A stretch of 64,000 bases of DNA from Candidatus Heimdallarchaeota archaeon (GTDB lineage: Archaea; Asgardarchaeota; Heimdallarchaeia; Heimdallarchaeales; Heimdallarchaeaceae). Location: assembly GCA_030603365.1 (NCBI GenBank), contig JAUVXV010000012.1, positions 70,462 through 134,461 of the forward strand. The letters run 5' to 3'. Positions 1 to 9,646 of this stretch are shown here, piece after piece. Each line of letters begins with the position of its first letter. Within the stretch, counting starts at the first letter, position 1. Below the pieces are notes generated by a model. That model searched no databases. It saw only the letters and a list, made by a program, of their open reading frames with translations, and was not told the origin of the DNA. A program made the translations under genes and the position numbers.

Positions 1-1
1 T

Positions 2-112
2 TATTTTGGTACTCTAGGGAATTATTGGGATGATTGGACGGTTGGAGAATATGTCATAGATGGAAATAGCAATTCGACAGATGCTTATCCATTATCAGAA
101 CCCCCAGTTTAA
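2..112 (+). CDS. 3' end of a NosD/right-handed beta-helix surface protein (partial, runs off window)
   Basis: Frame 2 reads YFGTLGNYWDDWTVGEYVIDGNSNSTDAYPLSEPPV*, matching the GNFWSDY..Y.IDG....D.YPL.EP tail of the beta-helix protein at 49360-51162. Confidence 0.7.
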   Translation, partial: YFGTLGNYWDDWTVGEYVIDGNSNSTDAYPLSEPPV

Positions 113-180
113 TTGAATTTCAGAAGAAAAAAATTAGGATAATAGAAAAAGGTTAAATTAGAGTAATTTTCGTTTCCTTT

Positions 181-1455
181 ATGGAAGAAGAGATTAATAT
201 TGATCCATGGCGGATGGCCATAAAACAACTTGATAAAGTTGGTAAGATTCTTAATATTGATGAAAACATACTCAAACGCCTGAGATATCCTGTTAGGATT
301 ATTGAAACTAATTTTCCTGTAGTTATGGATGACGGGAGAGTTGAGATTTTTACTGGGTTCAGAGTTCATCATAATGAAAACCTTCCAAATAAGGGAGGAA
401 TTAGATACAGTCCTGATGTTACAAAAGAAGAAGTGATGGCCTTAGCTTTTTGGATGACTTTCAAATGTGCAATAGTCGGACTTCCCTATTCAGGTGCTAA
501 AGGTGGAGTCATCTGTAATCCTCGAGAACTATCAGTAAAAGAATTAGAAAAGATTACACGAAGATACACTCATCAGATGATTAATGTTTTTAATCCTAGA
601 AGTGACATTCCTGCTCCTGATATTAATACTTCAGCTAGAGAAATGGCTTGGATCTATGATACTTATAGTATGTGGGGAGGACATTCAGCTCTTGGTGTTG
701 TTACTGGTAAACCTGTTGAATTAGGTGGTTCTCTGGGTAGAGCTTCAGCAACTGGACGAGGAGTTTTCTTTATTACTCGTCAAGCATTGCAAAAATTAGG
801 AATTCCGATGGAAGGAGTAACAATAGCTGTTCAAGGTTTTGGAAATGTAGGTTCATGGTTTGCAAGAATTATCGCAGAACATGGAGCTAAAGTTGTTGCA
901 GTTTCTGATTGGAAAGGTGGAATTTACAACGAGAATGGATTTGATGTTGAGGATCTATACAAGTATGTTTTTGAAAATCCTGAGAATGAAAACAAGTCTG
1001 TTACGGGATATACAAAAATCACAAAGGAAATAACTAATGAAGAATTATTTGGACTAGAAGTTGATATTCTTGCTCCTTGTGCAATTGAAAGTGTAATTAC
1101 TAAATATAACGCTGAGAATGTTAAAGCAAAGATCATTGCTGAAGGTGCAAATGGTCCCACTACTCCTGGTGCTGATGAGATTCTTATGAAAAATAACGTA
1201 CTAGTTTTACCTGACATTCTCGCAAATGCAGGTGGAGTAACTGTTAGTTACTTTGAATGGGTTCAAGGTAATGATGCTCTTTTCTGGACAGAAGAAGAGG
1301 TCAACTCTAAACTAGAAGAGATCATGACTCGAGCTTTCGATAGTGTCTTTGAATATGCAGATGAATGTTGTACTCAAGATATGAGAACAGCTGCTTATGC
1401 TATTGCTTTGGAAAGATTAGTTAAGCAATACGAATTAAGAGGAATTTATCCTTAG
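181..1455 (+). CDS. gdhA: Glutamate dehydrogenase (Glu/Leu/Phe/Val dehydrogenase)
   Basis: KGGIRY, GAKGG, DIPAPD, GKP...GGS.GR..ATG.G, QGFGNVG, EGANGP, PD..ANAGGV..SYFEW motifs. Confidence 0.97.
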   Translation: MEEEINIDPWRMAIKQLDKVGKILNIDENILKRLRYPVRIIETNFPVVMDDGRVEIFTGFRVHHNENLPNKGGIRYSPDVTKEEVMALAFWMTFKCAIVGLPYSGAKGGVICNPRELSVKELEKITRRYTHQMINVFNPRSDIPAPDINTSAREMAWIYDTYSMWGGHSALGVVTGKPVELGGSLGRASATGRGVFFITRQALQKLGIPMEGVTIAVQGFGNVGSWFARIIAEHGAKVVAVSDWKGGIYNENGFDVEDLYKYVFENPENENKSVTGYTKITKEITNEELFGLEVDILAPCAIESVITKYNAENVKAKIIAEGANGPTTPGADEILMKNNVLVLPDILANAGGVTVSYFEWVQGNDALFWTEEEVNSKLEEIMTRAFDSVFEYADECCTQDMRTAAYAIALERLVKQYELRGIYP

Positions 1456-1477
1456 ACAATTTACAAATTAAAAATAG

Positions 1478-1500
1478 AAGCAAGTTTTACTTGCTTTTTT
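1478..1500. terminator. Hairpin plus T-tract between convergent gdhA and ZIP genes
   Basis: AAGCAAGT-ttt-ACTTGCTT 8-bp stem followed by T run. Confidence 0.55.
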
Positions 1501-1515
1501 CATCTTATTTTTTCC

Positions 1516-2349
1516 TCACGTTACTGGACTCGTAAATAGTGTTTCTAATAATGGTTCAATGAAGTTATCAAGGAACATCATTATTACAAAACCTGCAATT
1601 ACACCATAGGTTACAAGTCTTGCATATTCTTTTCCATGCGTTTCTGGAATAATCTCATCTACTACAACGAAAATCATAGCTCCTGCTGCAAATGCCATTC
1701 CAAAACCAAGGAAGAATTGTGTAGTTGATACAGCAGCAACACCAATAACTGCACCAAGTGGTTCTACAAGACCTGTTAGTGATGCAATCATGAAAGCTTT
1801 CTTTTTTGAATAACCTTCTCGGAGCAGAGGCATTGCAACAGCTGTTCCCTCTGGAATATTTTGAAGACCTATAGCAATAGCTACAACGGTACCTCCAGAA
1901 ACATCTCCATTCCCATAACTTACTCCAACCGCGAGTCCTTCGGGAAAGTTATGTATTGTAATTGCTATAATAAACAACCAAGTAGCTGCTAGTCTTTTGC
2001 TAACTTTTCCTTCTGGTCCTGCAATAAAGTGTTCATGGGGTGCCCACTTATCAATAATATCTATAAAAACCACACCTACTATTACTCCTAATGAAACTAT
2101 CCATATATTATCTAAAATGAAAGGTTTTTCTCCTATTTCTATAGGATCAAGATTTAGAGCTGGGACAAGTAAACTGAAGGCAGAAGCTGCAAGCATTACT
2201 CCAGCTGCAAAACCTAACAGAAGGTCCAATGTTTTATTACTTATATCTTTCTTAAAAAATACAGGAAGTGCACCTATAGCTGTGGATAATCCAGCCCCTA
2301 AAGAAGCTCCTGTTCCTATTAGTATTATTTGCCAGAGTTCAAATGCCAT
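1516..2349 (-). CDS. ZIP family (GufA/ZupT-like) metal transporter
   Basis: GFAAGVMLAAS, AITIHNFPEGLAVG, AIGLQNIPEG, AAGAMIFVV..EIIPE; start placed at MAFELWQ. Confidence 0.93.
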   Translation of the reverse strand: MAFELWQIILIGTGASLGAGLSTAIGALPVFFKKDISNKTLDLLLGFAAGVMLAASAFSLLVPALNLDPIEIGEKPFILDNIWIVSLGVIVGVVFIDIIDKWAPHEHFIAGPEGKVSKRLAATWLFIIAITIHNFPEGLAVGVSYGNGDVSGGTVVAIAIGLQNIPEGTAVAMPLLREGYSKKKAFMIASLTGLVEPLGAVIGVAAVSTTQFFLGFGMAFAAGAMIFVVVDEIIPETHGKEYARLVTYGVIAGFVIMMFLDNFIEPLLETLFTSPVT

Positions 2350-2508
2350 GGTAATATCTCTTGATTCAATAAATTTACTCAATTTAATAATCTTATGTAG
2401 AAACAAAATCACTAGAGTGTGCCTTTATACACATGAAACTTTTATATCCTTAGGTTTTCATTTGATTAATTTTATAAGTGTTTTATGGTTACTAGTTAGT
2501 TGAGAGGC

Positions 2509-3429
2509 ATGTTGAATATAAAAGAACCCACTTCTGAGCAAATGGAGGATTTGTTTGTCTATGATCCATTTGTAGAAAAACGTACTTCAGTACGTATTAG
2601 AAGAGCTGGTTCTTGGTATAACATTAGTCTTATCGATATCAACGATAATCCACTTTATGATTACACTTTAATCTGTGTACATGGGTGGGGTTCATCCTGT
2701 TTAAATTACAGGTTCTTAATGAAATTTCTAAGTCCCTATTTTAGGGTAATTGCATATGATTTGAAAGGTCACGGTGAATCTGATAAGGATGAAGACAACT
2801 ATGATTTGGGGATGTTTACGGAGGAATTAGCTCAAGTGATTGATCATATCCAACCAGAAAATCTCGTTCTTGTTGGACATTCGATGGGAACCGCAATAAT
2901 AATGAATTATCTATCATTAAATAGAAAAAGAGTAAAAACAGCTGTTATGTTATCAGGTGCAATAAATTTCAGAGAACCTTTTCCGAAGATTATTCCTTGG
3001 TTAATATTTCGAATGGATGAAAAAATAAAAAGATTATTAGTTTCTTTTGCAATGTCTATGTCGAGTTCGAAAAGTGTTCCAACAGAGTTGAAAGACATTA
3101 TTAAGGAGCAAGTTGATAGAATACCTTACCATGTCATGAGAAAATCTTTACTAAATACCGTTTATACTTGGAAGAGAGCAGAAAATCTACGGAAAATTAA
3201 AACACCAGTACTGTTTATGGTTGGTGAAAAAGACATACTAACAAAAATCAAACATTCAATTGAGCTAAGTGCTCTATTACCGAATTCAAGATTGGTAATC
3301 TTACCTGAAACGAAGCATGATATACTAATAGATAAAGGTGTAGAAGTTTCTAATCTAATCAGAGAATTCGTTGAATTTCAAATAGATTTAGAAAATATAA
3401 AAGGAATGGAATATTCACCATTCCATTGA
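2509..3429 (+). CDS. Alpha/beta hydrolase
   Basis: VHGWG, DLKGHG.S, GHSMG nucleophile elbow, GEKD, late His. Confidence 0.9.
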   Translation: MLNIKEPTSEQMEDLFVYDPFVEKRTSVRIRRAGSWYNISLIDINDNPLYDYTLICVHGWGSSCLNYRFLMKFLSPYFRVIAYDLKGHGESDKDEDNYDLGMFTEELAQVIDHIQPENLVLVGHSMGTAIIMNYLSLNRKRVKTAVMLSGAINFREPFPKIIPWLIFRMDEKIKRLLVSFAMSMSSSKSVPTELKDIIKEQVDRIPYHVMRKSLLNTVYTWKRAENLRKIKTPVLFMVGEKDILTKIKHSIELSALLPNSRLVILPETKHDILIDKGVEVSNLIREFVEFQIDLENIKGMEYSPFH

Positions 3430-5049
3430 AAACGGTTCTTTTCCTCTAATCATTTGCACTATATCATGTATTACTCCTACAAAAAGTAAACCACCTGTAA
3501 CTAAGTATATGAAACCAAATTTCTTCTTCTTGATGTAGAATCTGTGCATTCCTAGAAATCCCAAAAAAATACAGAGTATTAATGCTGATGTTCTATAAAC
3601 TTCCTCGCTCTTATAGTTTATCCACTCTGTTTTATTCATTATTAAGTCTACATTCAATCTTTGAGAAACATCTCTTTTTGAACCTATTTTTGAGAATCTT
3701 ATAATTAGCCATTCAAATGAAAATTTGAAATTAACTTTACTCCATAATTTGATTAACAGATGATATGCGAATAAAATATAGAAACATAACAGAAGAACAA
3801 AACCTTCTTGTCCATAAGGTAATTTATCAGTCACAAGATTCACATCAATTAGTATAATACTAATCAACCATCTAGGAAATAAAGAAAATATCTGCAATGT
3901 ATAAACTGATAAAGCTACTAAACCCCATAATCTCATAAGACGAACTATCCTTCTATTAGCAAATTTCTGTGGATTCCCCCTGTATTCTACCTTATAAAGT
4001 AGCAAGAAAATAACTCCTATCCACACTCCCAGTACTATAAGAAAATAAGTTATGAAAGGTCTTGAATAGCTAAAATCAAATTCAAATCCCATAGCTATCA
4101 AAATAGCTCCTATAGCGATAAAAACAAATGAAGCTATCCCTCCATAGAATAGAAATCGTTTAGGGGGTTTGTCTTTTGCTAATGCTGTACCTATCAAAGC
4201 ACCTGCAAAGGATGCAGCTAGAAATGGGAATAGAGGTTCCAAATCCCCTGCTAATAGAGTAAAGAAACTTGATTTGAACGTTCCTACTTTATATTGATCA
4301 AATGAATTAGGCCATCTAAATTCAGTATAGAAATCTCTACGCGTAGACATTTCAGAGAAGAAATTTAAATCATAATAACCTCCCCAATGCATCCCATCTA
4401 CCCAATTCCAGATAAAAGGACTTGCAATAATCACAACTACTGTCAAGATTGCGTAAATGATTATGTTTCTCTTAAGTTTCTTAAAACCATTTTTTCGAAT
4501 TAGAAGGAAGTGAACAAGTGCATTAATAATCATACACCATCCTATGGTGTGTAAAGTTTCCATCATGAAGAATGATCTACCAACGAAAATATTAATGAAT
4601 CTTGAATATGCCCAATTTCCAGATCTTAAAGCTGAACCAAAATAGCCATAATAACCAATCAAACCATCTGTTAAGGCTGCAGCAACAAGAACACCAACTC
4701 CAGTAAGTAATTGTTTTACTAAGATTTGAACAGGATTATTTCCTTTTGATGCACTTTTTGACATGGCTAGAGCATTAACAATTGCAGAGATGATTAGAAA
4801 ATAACCTGCCCAACCTGTAAAAAATGCTAGAAGCAATACACTAAGGATTATTAAGATATTTTTTTGCAAGAGCTGATCAAGATTTGTAGCCCAGCTTATA
4901 TTGTACATATGCTAAATTGAATGGAAGAAAACCATCATAAAAATTGCTAGACCTCTTTGAAAATCTAAACTAACAATTCTTCTCATTACACTTGCACCAG
5001 AAAGTTCAGCTCCTTCAATAGATTTCTTTGTATTTGTTACTGTAGACAT
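3415..5049 (-). pseudogene. DUF1624/HGSNAT-like membrane acyltransferase with C-terminal TM2 domain, interrupted by an in-frame TAG at 4912-4914
   Basis: Frame continues upstream of the listed ORF: MSTVTN...RRIVSLDFQRGLAIFMMVFFHSI*HMYNISW; R..SLD..RG.AI..M...H is the family N-terminal motif; C-terminal LGFLGMHRFY...TGG is TM2-like. Confidence 0.7.
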
Positions 5050-5169
5050 TTTTACACCTTTTACTAATTAATAAAGAAGATTTAGACCAAATGAAATATA
5101 AATATTTTGGACAAAAGTCTCAAAATATATTCGAATATCTTTAAATACAGCTCATCTATGATTTTGCAC

Positions 5170-6618
5170 ATGCCTACGGACCCTTATGATTTAGTAGAAA
5201 AAGCAATTGATGAAGGTCAGAAATTAGAAGCTGACTATATTGAAGCAAGACTCGTATCCACAAATGCTAATACTAGTATTCTAAAGAACGGTGTTCCAGA
5301 ATTAGGGGGGATAATTCGCAGCAAAGGAATAGGTATAAGAGTTCTAAAAGATGGTGGAGTGGGTTTTGCTAGCTTTAACGAAATGACAAAAGATGAAATG
5401 AATATAGCAGTTGCTTTTGCCACAAAAATGGCTGAAGCTTCAGGTAAGAGAAGAGAGAAGAAGATTTTGTTTAGCGAAGAAGATATTCATGAAGCTAAAT
5501 TCCAAGCTATTGGTAAGAGTGGCAAAAGACCTTTGGAAGTAAACCCAGAAGAAAAAATCAATAGGCTAATGGATATAGATAAGCTTCTTGCCGAACTTAA
5601 AACAGATGCCATTATTCCTTTCAGATTTTTCCAGATGAATGATCAAACCATTGAAAAATATATCCTTACAAATGAAGGAGCTAAAATAGAAAGTGAAATA
5701 GATTTAATTCAACTCTTTGGGATTATAGTTGCAGTAAACCCCACTACTGGTTCAAAAGAACAATTGATGGTACAGAAAGGTAAAGCTGGAGGGTTTGAAT
5801 CTCTTGATTATTGGAATATTGAGGATTATTTAGTTAAGGAAGCAACTACTCTAGGTAAGATTGTTACCGAATCAAAAGAAGCACCTACTGGAACTATTGA
5901 TTATGTTGTTGGACCAAATGTTATAGGAATTATGTGTCATGAGAACACAGGTCATCCTTCTGAAGCAGATAGAATTCTTGGGAGAGAAGGAGCTCAAGCT
6001 GGAGAAAGCTACTTGAATGAAGAAATGATTGGAGAGAAAATCGGATCTGAACATGTTACCATAATTGATGACCCAACACTAGAAGGATCTTATGGGTATT
6101 ATCTCTATGATGATGAAGGAGTAAAAGCGAGTCCAAGATATTTACATAGAAAAGGAGTTTTTGATGAGATGTTGCATAATCGTGAAAGTGCAGCATTTAT
6201 GGGTACTAATAGTACTGCAGCTGCAAGAGCGATTGGGTTTAATAGAGAACCTATACCAAGAATGGCTAATACTTACCTAGAACCTGGAAATTTCGAATTT
6301 GATGAATTAATTGAAGATGTTAAGCTAGGTGTTTTGATGCACAATTTTACAGAATGGAATATTGATGATAGACGTTATCAGTCTAAATATGTTGGTCTAG
6401 AAGCATATTTGATTGAAAATGGTGAAGTGAAACATCTTGTTAGACGTCCTGTTGTTGAGACGACAACACCCAAACTTTGGGGTAGTGTAGATGCTGTTGC
6501 GAAAAAGGATTTATTGGAATTTGATGCTGCAACATGCGGTAAAGGCGATCCGATGCAAGGGGCACCTGTTTACCATGGAGGATCGTTTATGCGAATTCGT
6601 AATGTGGAGGTAAGGTGA
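5170..6618 (+). CDS. tldD: TldD metalloprotease subunit
   Basis: GIGIRV, HE..GH..EADR, Y.YDDEG, PRMANTY, CGKG; start placed at MPTDP. Confidence 0.93.
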   Translation: MPTDPYDLVEKAIDEGQKLEADYIEARLVSTNANTSILKNGVPELGGIIRSKGIGIRVLKDGGVGFASFNEMTKDEMNIAVAFATKMAEASGKRREKKILFSEEDIHEAKFQAIGKSGKRPLEVNPEEKINRLMDIDKLLAELKTDAIIPFRFFQMNDQTIEKYILTNEGAKIESEIDLIQLFGIIVAVNPTTGSKEQLMVQKGKAGGFESLDYWNIEDYLVKEATTLGKIVTESKEAPTGTIDYVVGPNVIGIMCHENTGHPSEADRILGREGAQAGESYLNEEMIGEKIGSEHVTIIDDPTLEGSYGYYLYDDEGVKASPRYLHRKGVFDEMLHNRESAAFMGTNSTAAARAIGFNREPIPRMANTYLEPGNFEFDELIEDVKLGVLMHNFTEWNIDDRRYQSKYVGLEAYLIENGEVKHLVRRPVVETTTPKLWGSVDAVAKKDLLEFDAATCGKGDPMQGAPVYHGGSFMRIRNVEVR

Positions 6619-6622
6619 TAGA

Positions 6623-7975
6623 ATGCCAGAAAAAGTTAATATTAAAAAAATTGTTCAAGCAACAGTTGACAAACTTGTAACCTTGGGGTTTGATGACCAC
6701 TCAATACTTGCAGAAAGAAGTAACACTTCTCAAATTCGTTTTGCAGATAATCAGATTACGATTGTTAAAAATTGGGCTTCATTAGAGCTAGCAGTTTTTG
6801 CTGTTAAAGATAATAAAACTGTTGTTATTCAACTTGAAAATCTGTCTGATGATATTATAAATTCATCACTTGAATCATTGAAGATTCTGGCTAATTCTTT
6901 ACCCCCTAATCAGAATTATTTAGGGATATCAGATGGACCTTTCAGTTATCCAACTATTGACAATATGTTCGATTCTGAATTCTTAGATTTCCATGATAAA
7001 GCCCTTGATAATGTTCAAGCTGCAATTAATGCAGCTGAAGCTGAAGGAGCAAAAAGATCTGCTGGAGTACTATTATGGGAAGCTAAAGAAAATAAACTAG
7101 TTTCATCCAAAGGAGCAGTTGCTTCTGAAAATACTTCTCGATTTGAATTTAGTATTCGTTCATTTGTTGATGCTAAAAGTTCAGGAGCAAGTGTTGAAGT
7201 TGGAAGATTATCTTCCAAAGTTGATTTTGAAAGAGCAGGAATGGAAGCAGGAAAAATAGCTAAGATGTCTATCGGAGGACAAAACGGTAAACCAGGCAAG
7301 TATAATGTTGTTCTTTCTCCTAAAGTTGCAGCTGATATTGTAGCAGCTTCACCAGGAGCAGCAAATCCATTTATGGTCGAAATAGGTTTATCATGGCTTA
7401 AAGATAAAATAGGTGAAAATATCGCTCCTGAATTTGTGACTGTTTATGATGATGCGTTATTACCGAATGGTTTGGGTTCTAGATCATTTGACGAGGAGGG
7501 GCATCCTACAGGTAGAAACATAATAGTTGAAAATGGTATTCTCAAAGGTTTTATTCATAACACCTCGACTGCTCGTAAAGCAGGAACTACAAGTACAGGA
7601 AACGCTGGATTAGTTATGCCTCAAAATAGTAACATCTACTTTGAGCCTGGAGAACATTCCTTTGAGGAAATTCTGGAGATATCAAAAGACAAACCTACAC
7701 TGTATATAACAAATAATTGGTATACCCGATTTACTAGCTATGCAGATGGCATATTTTCAACTATCCCTAGAGATGGAATGTTTCTAATAGAAAATGGACA
7801 GATTTCTAAACCTGTTAGAGAATTACGAATTAGTGATAATATGAATACCATTTTTAAGAACATCAAAGCTTTAGGGAAAGATATTAAACAAATAAAAAGC
7901 TGGGAAGTTGCTACACCAACATATATTCCTCATGTTCTACTTGAGGATATTAATATATCATCAGCAACATCCTAA
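6623..7975 (+). CDS. pmbA: PmbA/TldE subunit
   Basis: Directly follows tldD; IRFA.N, FDEEG.P, ENG.L, STGNAG, IENG.I..PV; no HExxH. Confidence 0.9.
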   Translation: MPEKVNIKKIVQATVDKLVTLGFDDHSILAERSNTSQIRFADNQITIVKNWASLELAVFAVKDNKTVVIQLENLSDDIINSSLESLKILANSLPPNQNYLGISDGPFSYPTIDNMFDSEFLDFHDKALDNVQAAINAAEAEGAKRSAGVLLWEAKENKLVSSKGAVASENTSRFEFSIRSFVDAKSSGASVEVGRLSSKVDFERAGMEAGKIAKMSIGGQNGKPGKYNVVLSPKVAADIVAASPGAANPFMVEIGLSWLKDKIGENIAPEFVTVYDDALLPNGLGSRSFDEEGHPTGRNIIVENGILKGFIHNTSTARKAGTTSTGNAGLVMPQNSNIYFEPGEHSFEEILEISKDKPTLYITNNWYTRFTSYADGIFSTIPRDGMFLIENGQISKPVRELRISDNMNTIFKNIKALGKDIKQIKSWEVATPTYIPHVLLEDINISSATS

Positions 7976-7995
7976 TTCTTTTTATTTTTTCTCTT

Positions 7996-8697
7996 TTACG
8001 AAATCCACCAAGGACCTTCATTTGAAAGGAATAGTATAGGTTGACCTGTTGCTAAGCACAGTATTTGTCTTTCGAAAGTTGTCCCTGATCCTGCTAGAGG
8101 TGCATAAATATCTCCAATTCTAACATATTGAGTAATAAGAATAGAGGTAGAGTTTTGACTGTAAACGTAGTCAAATATTTCTGGTATTCCCCAATCATCT
8201 GGATGGTAATAATTTGATACTGTTGAATTGGCATAATAATTCATAGTTGTAAAGTTATAATAGAAGAAATAGTATGGATAGAAATTTTCTAGATCAAATA
8301 ATGATAAGAATTCACTTTGGTTTACAGATGGGAAAACTGAACCTATGTAAGTAAAATTATGATGTCGCCATTCATTATCTTTGAAATCTTGAGGATCTAA
8401 AATTTCTAAGAACTCAAGTTCTCTTTCAATCAGATAACTTACATTTTGCACCATATTTTTTGAATCATTCGATAGCATATCAAAATAGAAATCTTGACCA
8501 GTAATATTCTCAATTGAATAAAGTAATGGGAGATACATATCATCTGGAGTATTTCTAATAATAAGACTTGTAAAACGTGTAGGATCTATTTCATACTCAT
8601 TTTCTTCAGGAGTATAAGGATAGTAAACTAATAATAATGTTAAAGTTAAAGCAATTGCGCAAGTAGCTGCTATTGAGATAATTAACTTATTTTTCAT
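7996..8697 (-). CDS. Hypothetical exported protein
   Basis: 233-aa ORF with N-terminal hydrophobic segment and many NxS/T sequons. Confidence 0.65.
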   Translation of the reverse strand: MKNKLIISIAATCAIALTLTLLLVYYPYTPEENEYEIDPTRFTSLIIRNTPDDMYLPLLYSIENITGQDFYFDMLSNDSKNMVQNVSYLIERELEFLEILDPQDFKDNEWRHHNFTYIGSVFPSVNQSEFLSLFDLENFYPYYFFYYNFTTMNYYANSTVSNYYHPDDWGIPEIFDYVYSQNSTSILITQYVRIGDIYAPLAGSGTTFERQILCLATGQPILFLSNEGPWWIS

Positions 8698-8754
8698 TAA
8701 ATAGATTAGGGGGATAAAAATAATAAGACTATTTGTGTTGATTAAAACACAATC

Positions 8755-9459
8755 TTATTTCTTTCTAAGCCTTCTAGATAGGACAACAATTGTTCCAAGT
8801 GCCAATGATATAAACAGAAAATTAATTGAGTTCAGGGTTTTGGTTGATGAATCTGTTGTTGGAGTTGTTGTTGGAGTTGGAGTTGTAAGAGGAATTTCGA
8901 TATAATAATCTATAAAATTCAGTTCAATCATACTATCTGTTAAATCATTATCATAGAAATGCTCATAATATCGTTTTGTTAAACCATCTAACGGATCGAT
9001 TTCCAGTTCTACGAATAAAGTATAGATATTATCTGTAATTGTGAAGTTAACATAAAATCGTCCAAGTGGTCCATCTGTGACATTGAATAAAGTTGTTTCT
9101 GCTTCGAATACTTCACGAATAGTGGTATTTACAACACCTTCTATCTCGTATAGATGCCAAAATATAGGAAAACCTTCACCAGTGTATTTATTTCCATCTA
9201 CTTTTACGCTTGCATAAACATGTCCTAGATCTTCTTCAGATAATGGTCCAGGATACAAATCATCTTTTAAAGTGACAGTAAAATTAACACCTTCTGGAAT
9301 ATCCTCATAATATTCTTGGCTTATGGTTACATTCCATACAAAAGTTGCATTTTCTACCATTTTAGATGAATAATAAAGACCGTCAGTTTGTGCATTGGAA
9401 TTTGATTGAGGAACTATAAAGACAAGAAAAATAAGAATTAAGAATAGTTTTTTTCTCAT
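8755..9459 (-). CDS. Surface protein with signal peptide, Thr/Pro linker and C-terminal TM anchor; paralogue of 18557-19213
   Basis: MRKKLFLILIFLVF signal; TTPTPTTTPTT; hydrophobic tail ending RRLRKK. Confidence 0.8.
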   Translation of the reverse strand: MRKKLFLILIFLVFIVPQSNSNAQTDGLYYSSKMVENATFVWNVTISQEYYEDIPEGVNFTVTLKDDLYPGPLSEEDLGHVYASVKVDGNKYTGEGFPIFWHLYEIEGVVNTTIREVFEAETTLFNVTDGPLGRFYVNFTITDNIYTLFVELEIDPLDGLTKRYYEHFYDNDLTDSMIELNFIDYYIEIPLTTPTPTTTPTTDSSTKTLNSINFLFISLALGTIVVLSRRLRKK

Positions 9460-9646
9460 ATTTATCACTTATTACTTCAATTGTGAATTATTATTTCTTT
9501 CTCATTTAAGTCTTACTCTTTTTTTGGATATACTAAATCCTACAAATTTAAACAAATTTTAATTCGTAATCTTTCAATATTGTAGAGCTCACATAGCATA
9601 TATTCCAATTAACAAAATTCTTAAACAACCTTTTTTTGTAAAGCTT

